From: Candidatus Caribbeanibacter nitroreducens
Lineage (GTDB): Bacteria > Gemmatimonadota > Gemmatimonadetes > Palauibacterales > Palauibacteraceae
Reading direction: 5' to 3'
NCBI GenBank assembly: GCA_947581645.1
Contig: CANPVF010000142.1
Location: 5,724-69,723 of the forward strand
Length of the DNA: 64,000 nt
Shown here piece by piece: positions 20,214-30,459 of this stretch. The position numbers and the translations under genes are program-made. The notes under the pieces were generated by a model, which was not told where the DNA came from, did no database searches, and saw only the letters and a program-made list of their open reading frames with translations. The first letter of the stretch is position 1. Each line of letters opens with the position of its first letter.

Positions 20214-21995
20214 TTGTCACCGATGAGTCGCATCGCTCTCGCCCGCAAGCATCGACCCCGCCAGTTCGGCGAGCTGGTCGGTCAGGACCACGTGGCGGGG
20301 ACCCTCCGGTCCGCCGTCGAAGGGGACCGGGTGGCGCACGCCTACCTGTTCTGCGGGCCCCGCGGCGTCGGGAAGACCACCGCCGCCCGGGTCCTGGCCA
20401 TGGCCCTCAACTGCCCGAACCGCCGGGACGGCGAGCCCTGCGGCGAGTGCGAGTCGTGCGAGAGCATCTGGTCGGGTCAGACCTCCATGGACGTCGTGGA
20501 GATCGACGCGGCCAGCAACCGGGGAGTGGACGACGCCCGGGACCTGCGCGAACGGGCCATGTACGCCCCGTCCGACGACGAGCGCTTCAAGGTCTACATC
20601 GTCGACGAGGCGCACATGCTCACCCGGGAGGCGTGGAACGCGCTCCTGAAGGTCCTGGAGGAGCCGCCGCCCCGGGTGATCTTCGCCTTCGCCACCACCG
20701 AGCCGCACAAGATCCAGCAGACGGCCCCGCCCGTCCTCTCCCGGTGCCAGCGCTTCGACTTCCGCCGGGTCGGCGTGAGCGACATCCTCTCCCGCCTGGA
20801 GACGGTGCTCGACCGCGAGGGCGTCGAGGCCGAGGAGGGAGCGCTCCTGCCCCTGGCCCGGCGTGCGGAGGGCGGGGTGAGGGACGCCCTCTCGCTGCTG
20901 GACCAGGTCCTCTCCTTCACCTCGGATCGGGTGGGTTCCGAGGACGTCCGCCGCATGCTGGGGCTGGTCGACGAGGAGCGGTACCTGGAGCTCTTCGACC
21001 TCATGGCCCGGGGCGACCGCTCCGGGGTCTTCCCCTTCGTGCAGGAGCTGGTGGACGAGGGCTACGACCTGGGCGAGTTCCTCCGGGGGCTGGGCGACAG
21101 CCTGCGGACGATGCTCGTCCTCCGGTCGGACCCGGAGGCGGAGTCGCTGGAGCTCCTCCCCCGGTCCCGGGAGCGCTTCGCGGAGATGGCGTCCCGCTTC
21201 GCCGAGTCGGACCTGGTCCGGCTCCTGGTGGCCGTCTCGGACTTCGAGGCGTCGCGCCGCTTCCAGCGGAGCTCCCACCAGCGGGTGCAGATCGAGGTGC
21301 TGCTCCTCCGGCTCGTGGGCATGGACTCGGCCGTGGAGCTGGAGGACCTGCTGGCCGCCGTGGGGGGCGACGTGCCGGAGGAGGGACGCCGCCGACCCGG
21401 GCCCGGGGACGGAGGTGGCGCCCCCCCGGCCGGGGGAGACGGCGGCGGACCGGGACAGGGCCCGGGAGGCTCCGGGCGGCGCTCGGGAGGCGGGGAGGCA
21501 GCCGCCGCCCCGACCCGCACCGGCGAGTCCGCCTCTCCCGGCGAGGGGGACGGCGAGGACCCGGCGGCCGCGACGGAGTCCGGCGGCTCCTCGACGACGG
21601 CCACGGCCCCCGCGGAGGGCGGCGGGGACCTGAAGTCGGTGTGGCGGTCGGCCCTGTCGAACGCCGAGGTACCGGGCGGCGCCCGGATGGCCCTCCGCGG
21701 AGCCACCGTGGCCGGCCGGTCCGGGGACACGCTGCGGCTCGACGTGCCCGACGGCCTGGCGGACGACCTGAAGGAGTTCTTCTCGGACCGTCGCCGGAGC
21801 GCGTCGCTCCGCCAGGAGCTGGCGGACCGCATCGGGGTCTCCGCCGACGACCTGGTCATCGGCGTCAACCGGTCCGGAGACGACGGCCGGCTGACGGCGG
21901 AGCAGGTGCGGGAACAGAAGACGGAGCGGATCGTGGACATGGACCCGCGCCTTCAGGAAGCGGTAGAAAAACTCGACCTCAGACTCCAGGAATGA
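20214..21995 (+). CDS. dnaX: DNA polymerase III subunit gamma/tau
   Basis: 593 aa. Contains ALARKHRPRQFGELVGQDHV..AYLFCGPRGVGKTTAARVLAMALNC, a Zn module CGECESC, and KVYIVDEAHML. The start is either TTG at 20214 or ATG at 20223. Confidence 0.95.
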   Translation: MSPMSRIALARKHRPRQFGELVGQDHVAGTLRSAVEGDRVAHAYLFCGPRGVGKTTAARVLAMALNCPNRRDGEPCGECESCESIWSGQTSMDVVEIDAASNRGVDDARDLRERAMYAPSDDERFKVYIVDEAHMLTREAWNALLKVLEEPPPRVIFAFATTEPHKIQQTAPPVLSRCQRFDFRRVGVSDILSRLETVLDREGVEAEEGALLPLARRAEGGVRDALSLLDQVLSFTSDRVGSEDVRRMLGLVDEERYLELFDLMARGDRSGVFPFVQELVDEGYDLGEFLRGLGDSLRTMLVLRSDPEAESLELLPRSRERFAEMASRFAESDLVRLLVAVSDFEASRRFQRSSHQRVQIEVLLLRLVGMDSAVELEDLLAAVGGDVPEEGRRRPGPGDGGGAPPAGGDGGGPGQGPGGSGRRSGGGEAAAAPTRTGESASPGEGDGEDPAAATESGGSSTTATAPAEGGGDLKSVWRSALSNAEVPGGARMALRGATVAGRSGDTLRLDVPDGLADDLKEFFSDRRRSASLRQELADRIGVSADDLVIGVNRSGDDGRLTAEQVREQKTERIVDMDPRLQEAVEKLDLRLQE

Positions 21996-22011
21996 AGAGG
22001 AACGTGACGGC

Positions 22012-22353
22012 ATGAAGAACTTCCAGCAGATGATGCAGATGGGCCAGAAGATGCAGGCCCGCATGAAGGAGATGCGGGAGAAGCTGGCCGATCTCGAGGT
22101 CACGGCTCGCTCCGGCGGGGGCATGGTGGAGGTCACCGCCAACGGCGAGGGCGAGATCACCGACATCCAGCTCGACCCCGAGGTCGTCGACCCGGAGGAC
22201 GTGGAGATGCTCGAGGATCTCATCCTCTCCGCGGTCTCTGAGGCCCAGCGCCGTGCGGACGAGAAGCGCGAGGAGGCCATGAAGGAAGCCACCGGCGGCC
22301 TCCCCATGGACGGGCTGGACGACCTGGGCGGCCTCTCGGGCCTCCTCGGGTGA
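22012..22353 (+). CDS. ybaB: Nucleoid-associated protein YbaB/EbfC
   Basis: 113 aa. Starts MKNFQQMMQMGQKMQARMKEMREKLADLEVTARSGGGMVEVTANG. Confidence 0.93.
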   Translation: MKNFQQMMQMGQKMQARMKEMREKLADLEVTARSGGGMVEVTANGEGEITDIQLDPEVVDPEDVEMLEDLILSAVSEAQRRADEKREEAMKEATGGLPMDGLDDLGGLSGLLG

Positions 22354-22445
22354 GGACGGGCCCGACCCCGCCTCCCCCCCGGCGGCGACCGACCCGCCGC
22401 TGAGCCCGAGCCCGAACCGACCCAGCCGCACGGCACCGGAACGAG

Positions 22446-23036
22446 ATGTCCGCCATCGACGACCTGATGCAGGAATTCGGGCGTCTTCCCGGCATCGGGA
22501 AGAAGACGGCCCGTCGCCTGACGTACTACCTGCTCAAGCAGCCTCCCGGCGACGTGCGCCAGCTCGCCGGAGCCGTGGAGCGGGTGGCCGACGAGGTGGA
22601 GGCCTGCTCCAACTGCGGGAACCTGAGCGACGAGGACCCGTGCGGGTACTGTCGTGACGATCGGCGCGATCCATCCGTCGTATGTGTGGTGGAGGAGGCG
22701 TCGGACATCGCGGCCATCGAGAAGTCGGGCCACTACGACGGCCTGTATCACGTCCTGGGCGGCCGGCTCTCGCCGCTGGACGGGGTGGGGCCGGACGACC
22801 TGAACGTGGCCGGGCTCGCCGAGCGCCTGCGGGACGAGGTGGAGGAGATGATCATCGCCACCAACCCGAGCGTGGAGGGGGAGGCCACCGCCACGTATCT
22901 TCAGAAGCTCGTCGACCAGATCGACGAGGAGATCCAGATCACGCGCCTCGCGCGCGGTCTCCCCGTCGGCGGGGACCTGGAGTACGCCGACGGCGTGACG
23001 ATCGCAGAAGCCTTTTCCGGGCGACGAGAGATGTAG
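22446..23036 (+). CDS. recR: Recombination protein RecR
   Basis: 196 aa. Contains LPGIGKKTARRLTYYLL, a zinc finger CSNCGNLSDEDPCGYC, and a Toprim region. Confidence 0.96.
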   Translation: MSAIDDLMQEFGRLPGIGKKTARRLTYYLLKQPPGDVRQLAGAVERVADEVEACSNCGNLSDEDPCGYCRDDRRDPSVVCVVEEASDIAAIEKSGHYDGLYHVLGGRLSPLDGVGPDDLNVAGLAERLRDEVEEMIIATNPSVEGEATATYLQKLVDQIDEEIQITRLARGLPVGGDLEYADGVTIAEAFSGRREM

Positions 23037-23411
23037 ATGGCATCCAAGATCGTGCGAATGATTCCCGGTTCGACGGATTCGGACGAGGGAGAGTCCACCG
23101 ACGGGTGGACGGTCCTCAAGTACGCCGGCCTGGCCGCCCTGGGCGCCGCGGCCGTCGGGGCGGTGGGCGTGTGGCTCGCCCGCGACCAGATGTCCCGGCA
23201 TCGGCGCGACCTCTTCAGTCCCCACCCCCTCCGCCGTCTCGCGGCGCTGGGCTACCTCCGCACCGAGCCCTCGGTGGACAACGTCCTCCTCCTCCGGGAC
23301 TACCTGGCCTGGGAGGACCAGCCCCTTCTCCAGAAGCGGGCGTCGACGGTCCTGGACGAGATGGAGGAAGCCCTGCGAGACGAGAGCGAGGGCGTGGGGG
23401 AGAGCGCGTAG
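23037..23411 (+). CDS. Hypothetical small membrane-anchored protein, possibly with a HEAT-like repeat
   Basis: The ATG directly abuts the recR TAG. TM segment is YAGLAALGAAAVGAVGVWLA. GC3 is high. No family was recognised. Confidence 0.5.
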   Translation: MASKIVRMIPGSTDSDEGESTDGWTVLKYAGLAALGAAAVGAVGVWLARDQMSRHRRDLFSPHPLRRLAALGYLRTEPSVDNVLLLRDYLAWEDQPLLQKRASTVLDEMEEALRDESEGVGESA

Positions 23412-23480
23412 CGGCGTCCTCTCCGCGACCTCTCGGAGGCGGGGGCGCCTCCGACGTGCCCGACCGAGCCGGGTGAGCCC

Positions 23481-24167
23481 ATGCGGGTGAATCTTCCCAA
23501 CACGATCACCGTCGTGCGGATCGCCCTGGCTCCGCTGGTCCCCCTGCTCATGTTCCAGGAGAGCGCTCTGCTCCGCCTGGCCGCCTTCGGCGTCTTCACC
23601 GTCGCCGCCCTCTCCGACCTCTGGGACGGCTACCTGGCCCGGTCCCGCGGCGAGACGACGGACTTCGGCAAGGTCGCCGATCCCATCGCCGACAAGCTCC
23701 TGCTGGCCGTGGTGCTCGTGCCCGTCTGGTGGATCACCACGCGGCACGCGGGCCTGGGGGGACTGCCGCTCTTCGGCGGGGTGCCGCTGTGGGTCGTCGT
23801 CGTCCTCCTCGGGCGGGAGGTCCTGATCACGGGGGTCCGGGTGTTCGCCGCGCGCCGCGGCGTGGTGCTGGCGGCGGCGCAGGTGGGCAAGCACAAGGCC
23901 TTCACGCAGAGCCTCTTCCTGGGAGGGGGCATCATGTGGGTGGCCTACCGGACGGCGGTCCTGGAGGAGGGATGGACCGGCGGATTCTGGGCCTTCTGGG
24001 ACCGGTTCCACGCCTGGTGGGTCGTCACGTTCCTCGTGGTCTCCGTCCTCCTCACGGTCTACTCGATGATCGTGTATCTGCTCTCCTTCCGGAGCGAGTG
24101 GCCCTTCGCCGACGAGGCGGGCGCGGGCCGCGAGGAGGACCGGACCGCCGAGGAGACGGTCTCTTGA
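23481..24167 (+). CDS. pgsA: CDP-diacylglycerol--glycerol-3-phosphate 3-phosphatidyltransferase
   Basis: 228 aa. Starts with [15 protein letters not shown] and has the CDP-alcohol transferase motif [27 protein letters not shown]. Confidence 0.9.
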   Translation: MRVNLPNTITVVRIALAPLVPLLMFQESALLRLAAFGVFTVAALSDLWDGYLARSRGETTDFGKVADPIADKLLLAVVLVPVWWITTRHAGLGGLPLFGGVPLWVVVVLLGREVLITGVRVFAARRGVVLAAAQVGKHKAFTQSLFLGGGIMWVAYRTAVLEEGWTGGFWAFWDRFHAWWVVTFLVVSVLLTVYSMIVYLLSFRSEWPFADEAGAGREEDRTAEETVS

Positions 24168-24694
24168 GCGGCGGCCCCGTCGACGACGCCGGCGGTGAGG
24201 CGGGCCGGGACCTCGCCGGGCGGGCGCTGGAGCTGCTCCGCCGACGCGGGGAGACGCTGGCCGTGGCGGAGAGCTGCACCGGCGGCCTCCTGGGGGGAGC
24301 GCTGACGGCGGTGCCCGGCTCCTCGGACGTGTTCTGGGGCGGCGTGATCGCCTACGCGGACGAGGCCAAGCGCCGTCTGCTCGGCGTGGAGGGCGACGTC
24401 CTCGCCCGGACGGGGGCCGTCTCCGAGACCACGGCCCTGGCCATGGCCCGGGGCATGCAGGAGCGGTCCGGCGTCGACCGGGCCGTCTCGGTCACCGGGA
24501 TCGCCGGTCCCGGCGGGGGCACGCCGGAGAAGCCCGTGGGCACGGTGTGGATCGGCCTGGCCGGGCCGGGCGGGGTGCGCTCCGAGCTCCTGGAGCTCGC
24601 GGGCGACCGGGCCGAGATCCGACGCCAGACGGTGCATCGGGCGCTGACTCTCCTGGTCGAGCGGGTCGGGTCCGGGGAGCGCCGCGATGGCTGA
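24164..24694 (+). CDS. pncC: CinA C-terminal domain protein / nicotinamide-nucleotide amidohydrolase
   Basis: The TTG at 24164 overlaps the pgsA stop (TTGA). Contains [44 protein letters not shown]. The pgsA-cinA adjacency matches Firmicutes. Confidence 0.88.
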   Translation: MSGGPVDDAGGEAGRDLAGRALELLRRRGETLAVAESCTGGLLGGALTAVPGSSDVFWGGVIAYADEAKRRLLGVEGDVLARTGAVSETTALAMARGMQERSGVDRAVSVTGIAGPGGGTPEKPVGTVWIGLAGPGGVRSELLELAGDRAEIRRQTVHRALTLLVERVGSGERRDG

Positions 24695-24846
24695 GCCCCG
24701 TCCCGTGCCGGGCCACGGCGCGCCGGCGGGGCCGAACGCGCAGCGCCCTCCCGGTGTACGCGGCACACCGCGAGAGCCGGAACCGCCCCGACCACACCGG
24801 GAGCGCTGCCGCCGTTCCCGCGACGAGACTACGCCCGGAGGAGAGC

Positions 24847-25506
24847 ATGAACGGAGACACGCCCGAGGAGGATCCCCCGGTGGACGAGGAGAAGGCCGAG
24901 GCCCGCACGTCGGAGGGAGAGCCGCAGCCCGGCGACCCCGGAGAGGAAGCCGGGGAGCGGGAGGGCGCGGAATCCGGCGACGGGCAGGAGCTCCCGGAAC
25001 AGATTCGCGAGCAGCTCGAGGAGCTGGAGGAGCTCCGCGACAAGCATCTCCGGCTGGCCGCTGAGTTCGACAACTACCGGAAGCGGACGCGTCGGGAGAT
25101 CTCGAGCCAGCAGGAGCGGGCCAAGGCCGAGCTCGCCGGGCGCCTCCTCGACGTCCTGGATGACCTCCGCCGCTTCAACGACGCGGCCCAGGGGCAGGAG
25201 ACCGACGTCGGCTCCCTGCGAGAGGGCATGGAGCTGGTGGAGCAGAAGCTCCGGAAGGAGCTCGGCGACGCCGGGCTCGAACGAATCGAGGCGGCGGGCG
25301 AGAAGTTCGACCCGAAGCAGCACGAGGCGCTGACGACCACCCCCGTGGAGGACCCGGAGCGGGACGGCTATATCTCGCAGGTCCTGGTGGAGGGCTACAC
25401 CTTCGGCGACCAGCTCCTGCGTCCGGCCCGCGTGGAGGTCATGAAGCACCGTGAGCCGGAGGGCGGAGAGGGCGCCGGCGGGGACGGTGACAACGAGCAG
25501 GGCTGA
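24847..25506 (+). CDS. grpE: Nucleotide exchange factor GrpE
   Basis: ATG at 24847. The N-terminus is acidic. Contains [22 protein letters not shown] and [16 protein letters not shown]. Confidence 0.93.
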   Translation: MNGDTPEEDPPVDEEKAEARTSEGEPQPGDPGEEAGEREGAESGDGQELPEQIREQLEELEELRDKHLRLAAEFDNYRKRTRREISSQQERAKAELAGRLLDVLDDLRRFNDAAQGQETDVGSLREGMELVEQKLRKELGDAGLERIEAAGEKFDPKQHEALTTTPVEDPERDGYISQVLVEGYTFGDQLLRPARVEVMKHREPEGGEGAGGDGDNEQG

Positions 25507-26666
25507 TGCCCCGCACGACCAGGGACTATTACGACATCCTGGGCGTCTCCGAGGACGCCTCCCAGGACGAGATCAAGAAGGCGTACCGGAAGCTCGCGAA
25601 GAAGTACCACCCCGACCGCAATCCGGACGCCCCCGACGCCGAGGAGCGCTTCAAGGAGATCTCCGAGGCGCACCGCGTCCTCTCCGACCCCGAGCAGCGC
25701 GAGCAGTACGATCGCATGCGTCAGTACGGGGGCTTCCCCGGCGGCGCCGGCGGATTCGGCGGCTCCGGAGCCGGACGCGGCGGACGGGGTCCCGGGGGAG
25801 CCGCCGGCGGAGGTGCCGGGTTCAGCTTCGAGGACCTCGGCGACATGGGGGGCTTCGGAGACATCTTCAGCTCCATCTTCGGCGGCGGCCGCTCGCGCCG
25901 GGGCCGGAGGACGGCCGGCGCCAGGAGCCGGGCGCAGCAGGGCGACCCGGGTCGCCGGAAGCGGCGTCCCGTGGAGCGCACCGTCGAGATCCCGCTGCGC
26001 GTGGCCGCCCGCGGAGGCTCGGTGACCGTGAACGTGCCCATCACCGAGGGCTGCGCCGCGTGCGGGGGCAGCGGCGCGGCCCCCGGCGCGGACCTCCGGA
26101 CCTGTCAGCGCTGCGAGGGCCGGGGCACCGTGACCTTCGGCCAGGGCGGGTTCTCCGTGAGCCGCCCCTGTCCCGAGTGTCTCGGGGAGGGGAGGATCCC
26201 CTCCGAGCCCTGTCCGTCCTGCGGCGGCCGCGGCGAGGTCCGCCAGCGCCGGACGCTGAACGTGAAGATCCCGGCCGGCGTGGAGTCCGGGGACCGCATG
26301 CGGCTCTCCGGCAGCGGGCGGCGCGACTCCGGCGGCAACGTGATCATCGAGCTCCAGGTCCGGAACGACCCCTTCTTCACCCGCAGGGGTCTGGACCTGG
26401 TGTGCGAGGTCCCTCTCAACGTGGCCCAGGCCGTGCTCGGCTCCCGGATCCGCGTCCGGACGGTGGACCACCAGAAGGTGGAGATGAAGATCCCGCCGGG
26501 CACCGAGAGCGGGACGACCTTCCGGATCCCGGACCAGGGCGTCCGCAAGGGGGCCCGGACGGGAGATCAGCTGGTGAAGGTGAAGATCGAGGTCCCGGAG
26601 GAGCTCTCCGAGGAGGGGCGGGAGGCCTTCGAGGAGTTCGCCGAGGCCGAGGGGCTCCGCCACTAG
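25506..26666 (+). CDS. dnaJ: Molecular chaperone DnaJ
   Basis: 386 aa. J domain [34 protein letters not shown], a G/F region, and CxxCxGxG zinc-finger repeats. The start overlaps the grpE stop. Confidence 0.96.
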   Translation: MPRTTRDYYDILGVSEDASQDEIKKAYRKLAKKYHPDRNPDAPDAEERFKEISEAHRVLSDPEQREQYDRMRQYGGFPGGAGGFGGSGAGRGGRGPGGAAGGGAGFSFEDLGDMGGFGDIFSSIFGGGRSRRGRRTAGARSRAQQGDPGRRKRRPVERTVEIPLRVAARGGSVTVNVPITEGCAACGGSGAAPGADLRTCQRCEGRGTVTFGQGGFSVSRPCPECLGEGRIPSEPCPSCGGRGEVRQRRTLNVKIPAGVESGDRMRLSGSGRRDSGGNVIIELQVRNDPFFTRRGLDLVCEVPLNVAQAVLGSRIRVRTVDHQKVEMKIPPGTESGTTFRIPDQGVRKGARTGDQLVKVKIEVPEELSEEGREAFEEFAEAEGLRH

Positions 26667-26694
26667 CGAGTGCAGGACCGGACGCCCCGGCGGC

Positions 26695-27816
26695 CTACTC
26701 CCAGATCACCCCGCCGCCGAGCACCACGTCGTCCCGGTAGAGCACGGCGCTCTGCCCCGGCGTCACCGCCCGCTGGGCCGTCCGGAGCTCCAGCGCGAAC
26801 TCCCCGTCCCCGCGCTCCGTGACCCGCCCGTCCACGACCGGCGCGCCGTGGCGCACCCGCACCCCCACCCGCTCGCCGGGCTCCGGCGGGTCCGGGACGA
26901 GCCAGTTGGCGTCGCCGGCACGCAGCGTGGCCGAGTCCAGGGCCTCCTCCGGGCCGATGGTCACGGTCCGCGTCCCGGGCTCGATGTCCAGGACGTACAT
27001 GGGCTCGTCGAAGCCGCCGGGGAGCCCCTTCCGCTGGCCGACGGTGAAGTGCGCGTATCCGTCGTGGCGCCCCACCTCCGTCCCGTCCCGCAGACGGAAG
27101 GGACCGGAGCTCAGGGAGGGATGGTCCTCGCCCAGGTACGTGCGGAGCACCCCGGCGTAATCGTTGTCCGGCACGAAGCAGATCTCGTAGGACTCGGGCT
27201 TCTCGGCGTTCTCGAGGCCGAGCTCGCGTGCGATCTCCCGCACGCGGGGCTTCTCGGTCTCGCCGATGGGCAGGTGGAGGCGGCCCAGGACCTCCCGGGG
27301 GATCCCCCACAGGAAGTAGGTCTGGTCCTTGTGGTCGTCCTCGGCGCGGCACAGGACCGGGGTCCCGCCGCGGTGCCGGATCCTGGCGTAGTGCCCCGTG
27401 GCCAGGCCGTCGCATCCGAGACGGTCGGCGCGGTGCACCAGGTCCCGGAACTTCGTGAAGCTGTTGCACCGGACACAGGGGATGGGAGTGCGGCCCTCGG
27501 CGTACTCCGCCACGAAGTTGTCGATGACGTCCCGGGCGAAGTCCTCCTCCACGTCGTAGACCATGTGGGGAAAGCCGAGGCGGCTGGCCACCGACCGGGC
27601 GTCGGCGATGCCCTCCAGGCCGCAGCAGGTGTTGGAGGGGCCGTCCACCTCGCTGTAGCAGAAGGTCTTCATGGTGGCCCCCACCACGTCGTGGCCGGAG
27701 CGGTGCAGGAGGGCCGCCGCCACGCTGCTGTCCACCCCGCCGGACATGGCCACCAGGACCCGACCGGACTCCGCCCGCGAGGCCCGATCGACGTCCGCCG
27801 CCGGGGCGCCGGTCAC
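26695..27816 (-). CDS. mnmA: tRNA 2-thiouridine(34) synthase MnmA
   Basis: The GTG at 27816 overlaps the upstream desulfurase stop (GTGA). PP-loop VLVAMSGGVDSSVAA, plus TPIPCVRCN and DQTYFLW. Confidence 0.95.
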   Translation of the reverse strand: MTGAPAADVDRASRAESGRVLVAMSGGVDSSVAAALLHRSGHDVVGATMKTFCYSEVDGPSNTCCGLEGIADARSVASRLGFPHMVYDVEEDFARDVIDNFVAEYAEGRTPIPCVRCNSFTKFRDLVHRADRLGCDGLATGHYARIRHRGGTPVLCRAEDDHKDQTYFLWGIPREVLGRLHLPIGETEKPRVREIARELGLENAEKPESYEICFVPDNDYAGVLRTYLGEDHPSLSSGPFRLRDGTEVGRHDGYAHFTVGQRKGLPGGFDEPMYVLDIEPGTRTVTIGPEEALDSATLRAGDANWLVPDPPEPGERVGVRVRHGAPVVDGRVTERGDGEFALELRTAQRAVTPGQSAVLYRDDVVLGGGVIWE

Positions 27817-29030
27817 GCTCCGTCCCCCGCGTCCGAGGTGCCGAGGGCCGCTCCCCCCGCTGCCCCGGCGACCGAGGCCCCGCGGAGACGGCGCACGACG
27901 CGGACGACGGCGTCGCCGGCGGCACGGACCTGCTCGCCGGTGGTGGAGGGGCCGAAGCTGATCCGGATCGTGCCGGTCTCGTCCGGGGGCGGCTCGCCCA
28001 GGGCCTCCAGCACGTGGGAGGGCTCCACGGCGCCGCTGCTGCAGGCCGATCCGCTGGAGACGGCGACGCCCTCCATGTCCAGGGAGACGAGCAGCTCCGC
28101 CTGGTCGCAGCCCGGCACGCCGACGTTGAGCAGGTGGGGGAGCCGCTCGGGCGCACCGCCCCCACGCACCCGGAGACCGTCGAGCCGGTCGCGCAGGCTC
28201 CCCTCGAGCTTTCGGCGCCAGCGAGACCAGGTCCCGGCACGATCGGCCCGCTCCTCCACGGCGAGGCGGGCCGCCTCGGCGAACCCCACCGCCGCCACCG
28301 GGTTCTGGGTCCCCGGCCAGGCGCCCTTCTCCTGCTCGCCGCCGTAGAAGAGCGGCTCGATCTCGACGTCCTGGTCCACCACGAGGAGACCGATCCCGAC
28401 GGGGCCGCCGAGCTTGTGGGCGGTGGCCGTGAGCAGGTCGGCCGGGACGTCCTCCAGGGAGACCGGGACCTTGCCGAGGGCCTGGACGGCGTCCGTGTGG
28501 AACAGGGCCCCGTGGGCGTGAGCCGCCTCGCAGGCCTCCTTCACGGGCTGGACGGTGCCGATCTCGTTGTTGGCCCACATCACGGAGACGAGCGTGGGCC
28601 GGCGGTCGTCGCCCCGCTCCAGCTCCCGCTCCAGCGCGTCCAGGTCGAGGCGTCCGTCGGCATCCACCGGGAGGTGGGTGACGTCCGCGCCCTCGCTCCC
28701 GGCGCGGGCCGCCGCCTGCAGCACGGCCCGGTGCTCGATCTCCGAGACCAGGAGGCGCGGGCTCGAGCCGGCGTGAGCCCGGGCGAATCCCAGCACCGCC
28801 AGGTTGTCGGACGCCGTACCGCCGCCGGTGAATCGGAGCCGGGAGCGGGGAGCGCCCAGGAGCCCGGACAGTGTTCGCCGGGCGCTCTCCAGGTGGTCGT
28901 CCGCGGCCCGCCCGAAGGCGTGGGTGCTGGCGGCGTTGTAGTCCGCCTGGCCGCGGGCGGAGGCCATGGAGGCCCACACCTCGTCCCGGATCGGCGCGGT
29001 GGCGGCGTGGTCGAGGTAGATGTTCTCCAT
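27813..29030 (-). CDS. Cysteine desulfurase (NifS/IscS/YrvO-like)
   Basis: ATG at 29030 gives MENIYLDHAATAPIRDEV. Contains TGGGTASDNLA, HKLGGPVGIG, and SSGSACSSG. It is coupled to mnmA, like B. subtilis yrvO-mnmA. Confidence 0.92.
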   Translation of the reverse strand: MENIYLDHAATAPIRDEVWASMASARGQADYNAASTHAFGRAADDHLESARRTLSGLLGAPRSRLRFTGGGTASDNLAVLGFARAHAGSSPRLLVSEIEHRAVLQAAARAGSEGADVTHLPVDADGRLDLDALERELERGDDRRPTLVSVMWANNEIGTVQPVKEACEAAHAHGALFHTDAVQALGKVPVSLEDVPADLLTATAHKLGGPVGIGLLVVDQDVEIEPLFYGGEQEKGAWPGTQNPVAAVGFAEAARLAVEERADRAGTWSRWRRKLEGSLRDRLDGLRVRGGGAPERLPHLLNVGVPGCDQAELLVSLDMEGVAVSSGSACSSGAVEPSHVLEALGEPPPDETGTIRISFGPSTTGEQVRAAGDAVVRVVRRLRGASVAGAAGGAALGTSDAGDGA

Positions 29031-29214
29031 GACACTGCGATCATATCCGGCGCGTGCGGGCGAGTTCCAGGCCGACTTTTCCGGCATCACTTCGCCGCCT
29101 ATCTTGACGGTGCGCCCGGCCCGGTCGGATGGAGCTCCATGGGCCGGCCGGGCGAGTCGCAGCTCCGGGGCCGGAGCGCCCCGATCAGACGATCGTTGAA
29201 GCAGCAGGAGGAGG

Positions 29215-29583
29215 ATGGAAGGGAAGTCCGCCGCGTCCCCCTCGCTCCCCGCCGATGCACCGGCCGTCTTCCGCGCCACCGTTCACGGCCTGGCCTTCGC
29301 CGACCGCAGCCGACACCTGGATCGCGTCGACACCGGCGCGCGGCTGCTCCTGATTCCCGATCCCCCGGGTGCCCGCCTGGAGCAGGTGTGGGTTCACCTG
29401 CCGGGCCGGGACCCGGACCCCGTGGGCCATCTCCCGGACGAGATCGGACGATGGCTCGCCCCCTGGATGCGGGACGGGGGACGCGCGAGGGCCCGGGCGC
29501 TCAGGGTCGGTGACGAGGAGATCCCCAGCTGGAAGCGGCTGCTGGTGGAGGTGACCTGCGAGGGCCGTCCGCCGCGCGACTGA
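29215..29583 (+). CDS. Small stand-alone HIRAN-domain-like protein
   Basis: 122 aa with a strong AGGAGGAGG RBS. The pattern VHGLAF..HLDRVDTGARLLLIPDP..VWVHL..PVGHLPDEIGRWLAPWM resembles HIRAN. This was assigned by eye only. Confidence 0.5.
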   Translation: MEGKSAASPSLPADAPAVFRATVHGLAFADRSRHLDRVDTGARLLLIPDPPGARLEQVWVHLPGRDPDPVGHLPDEIGRWLAPWMRDGGRARARALRVGDEEIPSWKRLLVEVTCEGRPPRD

Positions 29584-29635
29584 GAAAGGCGATCAGAAAT
29601 CCCGGTGAGGCGCGTTACGAGCGCCGCGGCGGGCC

Positions 29636-30397
29636 TCACATCGTCGGCACGCCCAGCTCGACGGGGTCGTCCACACGAACGGTCTCCTCCGTCCAGAACG
29701 GCTCCCCGTACGGCCGGCGGATCAGGGACCCGTAGTGCCGGAGCTCCGTTTCCACGCGGTCGTAGAGCGGTCGGCCCGTGGGATGGATCTCGCCCGCCCG
29801 CTCCACGTCGTCGAACTGCGACCCGTAGCAGCGGACCGCCTCCATCTTCCGGTCGAACTGCTCGGTGACGTCCACGACGAACGTGGGCTTCACCGGGTCT
29901 TCCCGGTAGGCCAGGGCGTAGGCGACTTTCTCCGGACGGTGGGCCTCTCCCTCGCCGTACTTCGCCAGCCCGGCCAGGTAGCAGGCGTCCCGGGCCAGTT
30001 CCGAGCCGATCCGATGGTCGGGATGACGTCCGCGTTTCCAGGGAAGGAGGACGACCCGCGGACGGAAGCGGCGCAGCAGGGCGACCAGCCGCCGCCGGCT
30101 CTCGTCGTCGTTCCGGAGGCCGGCGTCCGGGAATTCCGCGTTGGCCCGCACGGTGAGCCCCATGGCGCGGGCCGCCCGCCGCGCCTCCTCGCGCCGGCGC
30201 TCGGCGCTTCCCCGCGTGCCGGTCTCCCCGCGGGTGAGGTCCAGGACGCCGGCCCGGTGGCCGCGGTCGACGGCCCGGACGAGGGTGCCCCCGCACAGCA
30301 GCTCGGCGTCGTCGCGGTGAGGCATCACCGCCAGGAGGTCCACGGGCCGCGGCTCGTGGGCGGGCTCCGCGGGGCCGCTCTCCGTCTCGGGACTCAT
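29636..30397 (-). CDS. PIG-L/LmbE-family deacetylase (BshB1-like)
   Basis: These are the last 254 codons of track ORF 29636..32572, with the ATG at 30397. Contains LAVMPHRDDAELLCGGT, LTRGETGTRGS, and GRHPDHR. Confidence 0.85.
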   Translation of the reverse strand: MSPETESGPAEPAHEPRPVDLLAVMPHRDDAELLCGGTLVRAVDRGHRAGVLDLTRGETGTRGSAERRREEARRAARAMGLTVRANAEFPDAGLRNDDESRRRLVALLRRFRPRVVLLPWKRGRHPDHRIGSELARDACYLAGLAKYGEGEAHRPEKVAYALAYREDPVKPTFVVDVTEQFDRKMEAVRCYGSQFDDVERAGEIHPTGRPLYDRVETELRHYGSLIRRPYGEPFWTEETVRVDDPVELGVPTM

Positions 30398-30459
30398 CGT
30401 CTCCTCACGTCGGGCTCTCGGGTCTCGTCGGGTGGGGGGGCGACTGCCGGCGGGCCGGT

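Noticed and set aside
20214-21995. A programmed -1 frameshift or transcriptional-slippage site in dnaX, to make separate gamma and tau subunits.
   Set aside because: No A-rich slippery heptamer or long A run occurs in the appropriate mid-gene region. The only A5 run (about 21966) is 30 nt from the stop.
24695-24846. A CIRCE/HrcA operator upstream of grpE-dnaJ.
   Set aside because: Nothing resembles TTAGCACTC-N9-GAGTGCTAA. Only a trivial 5-bp inverted repeat (ggtgt..acacc) is present.
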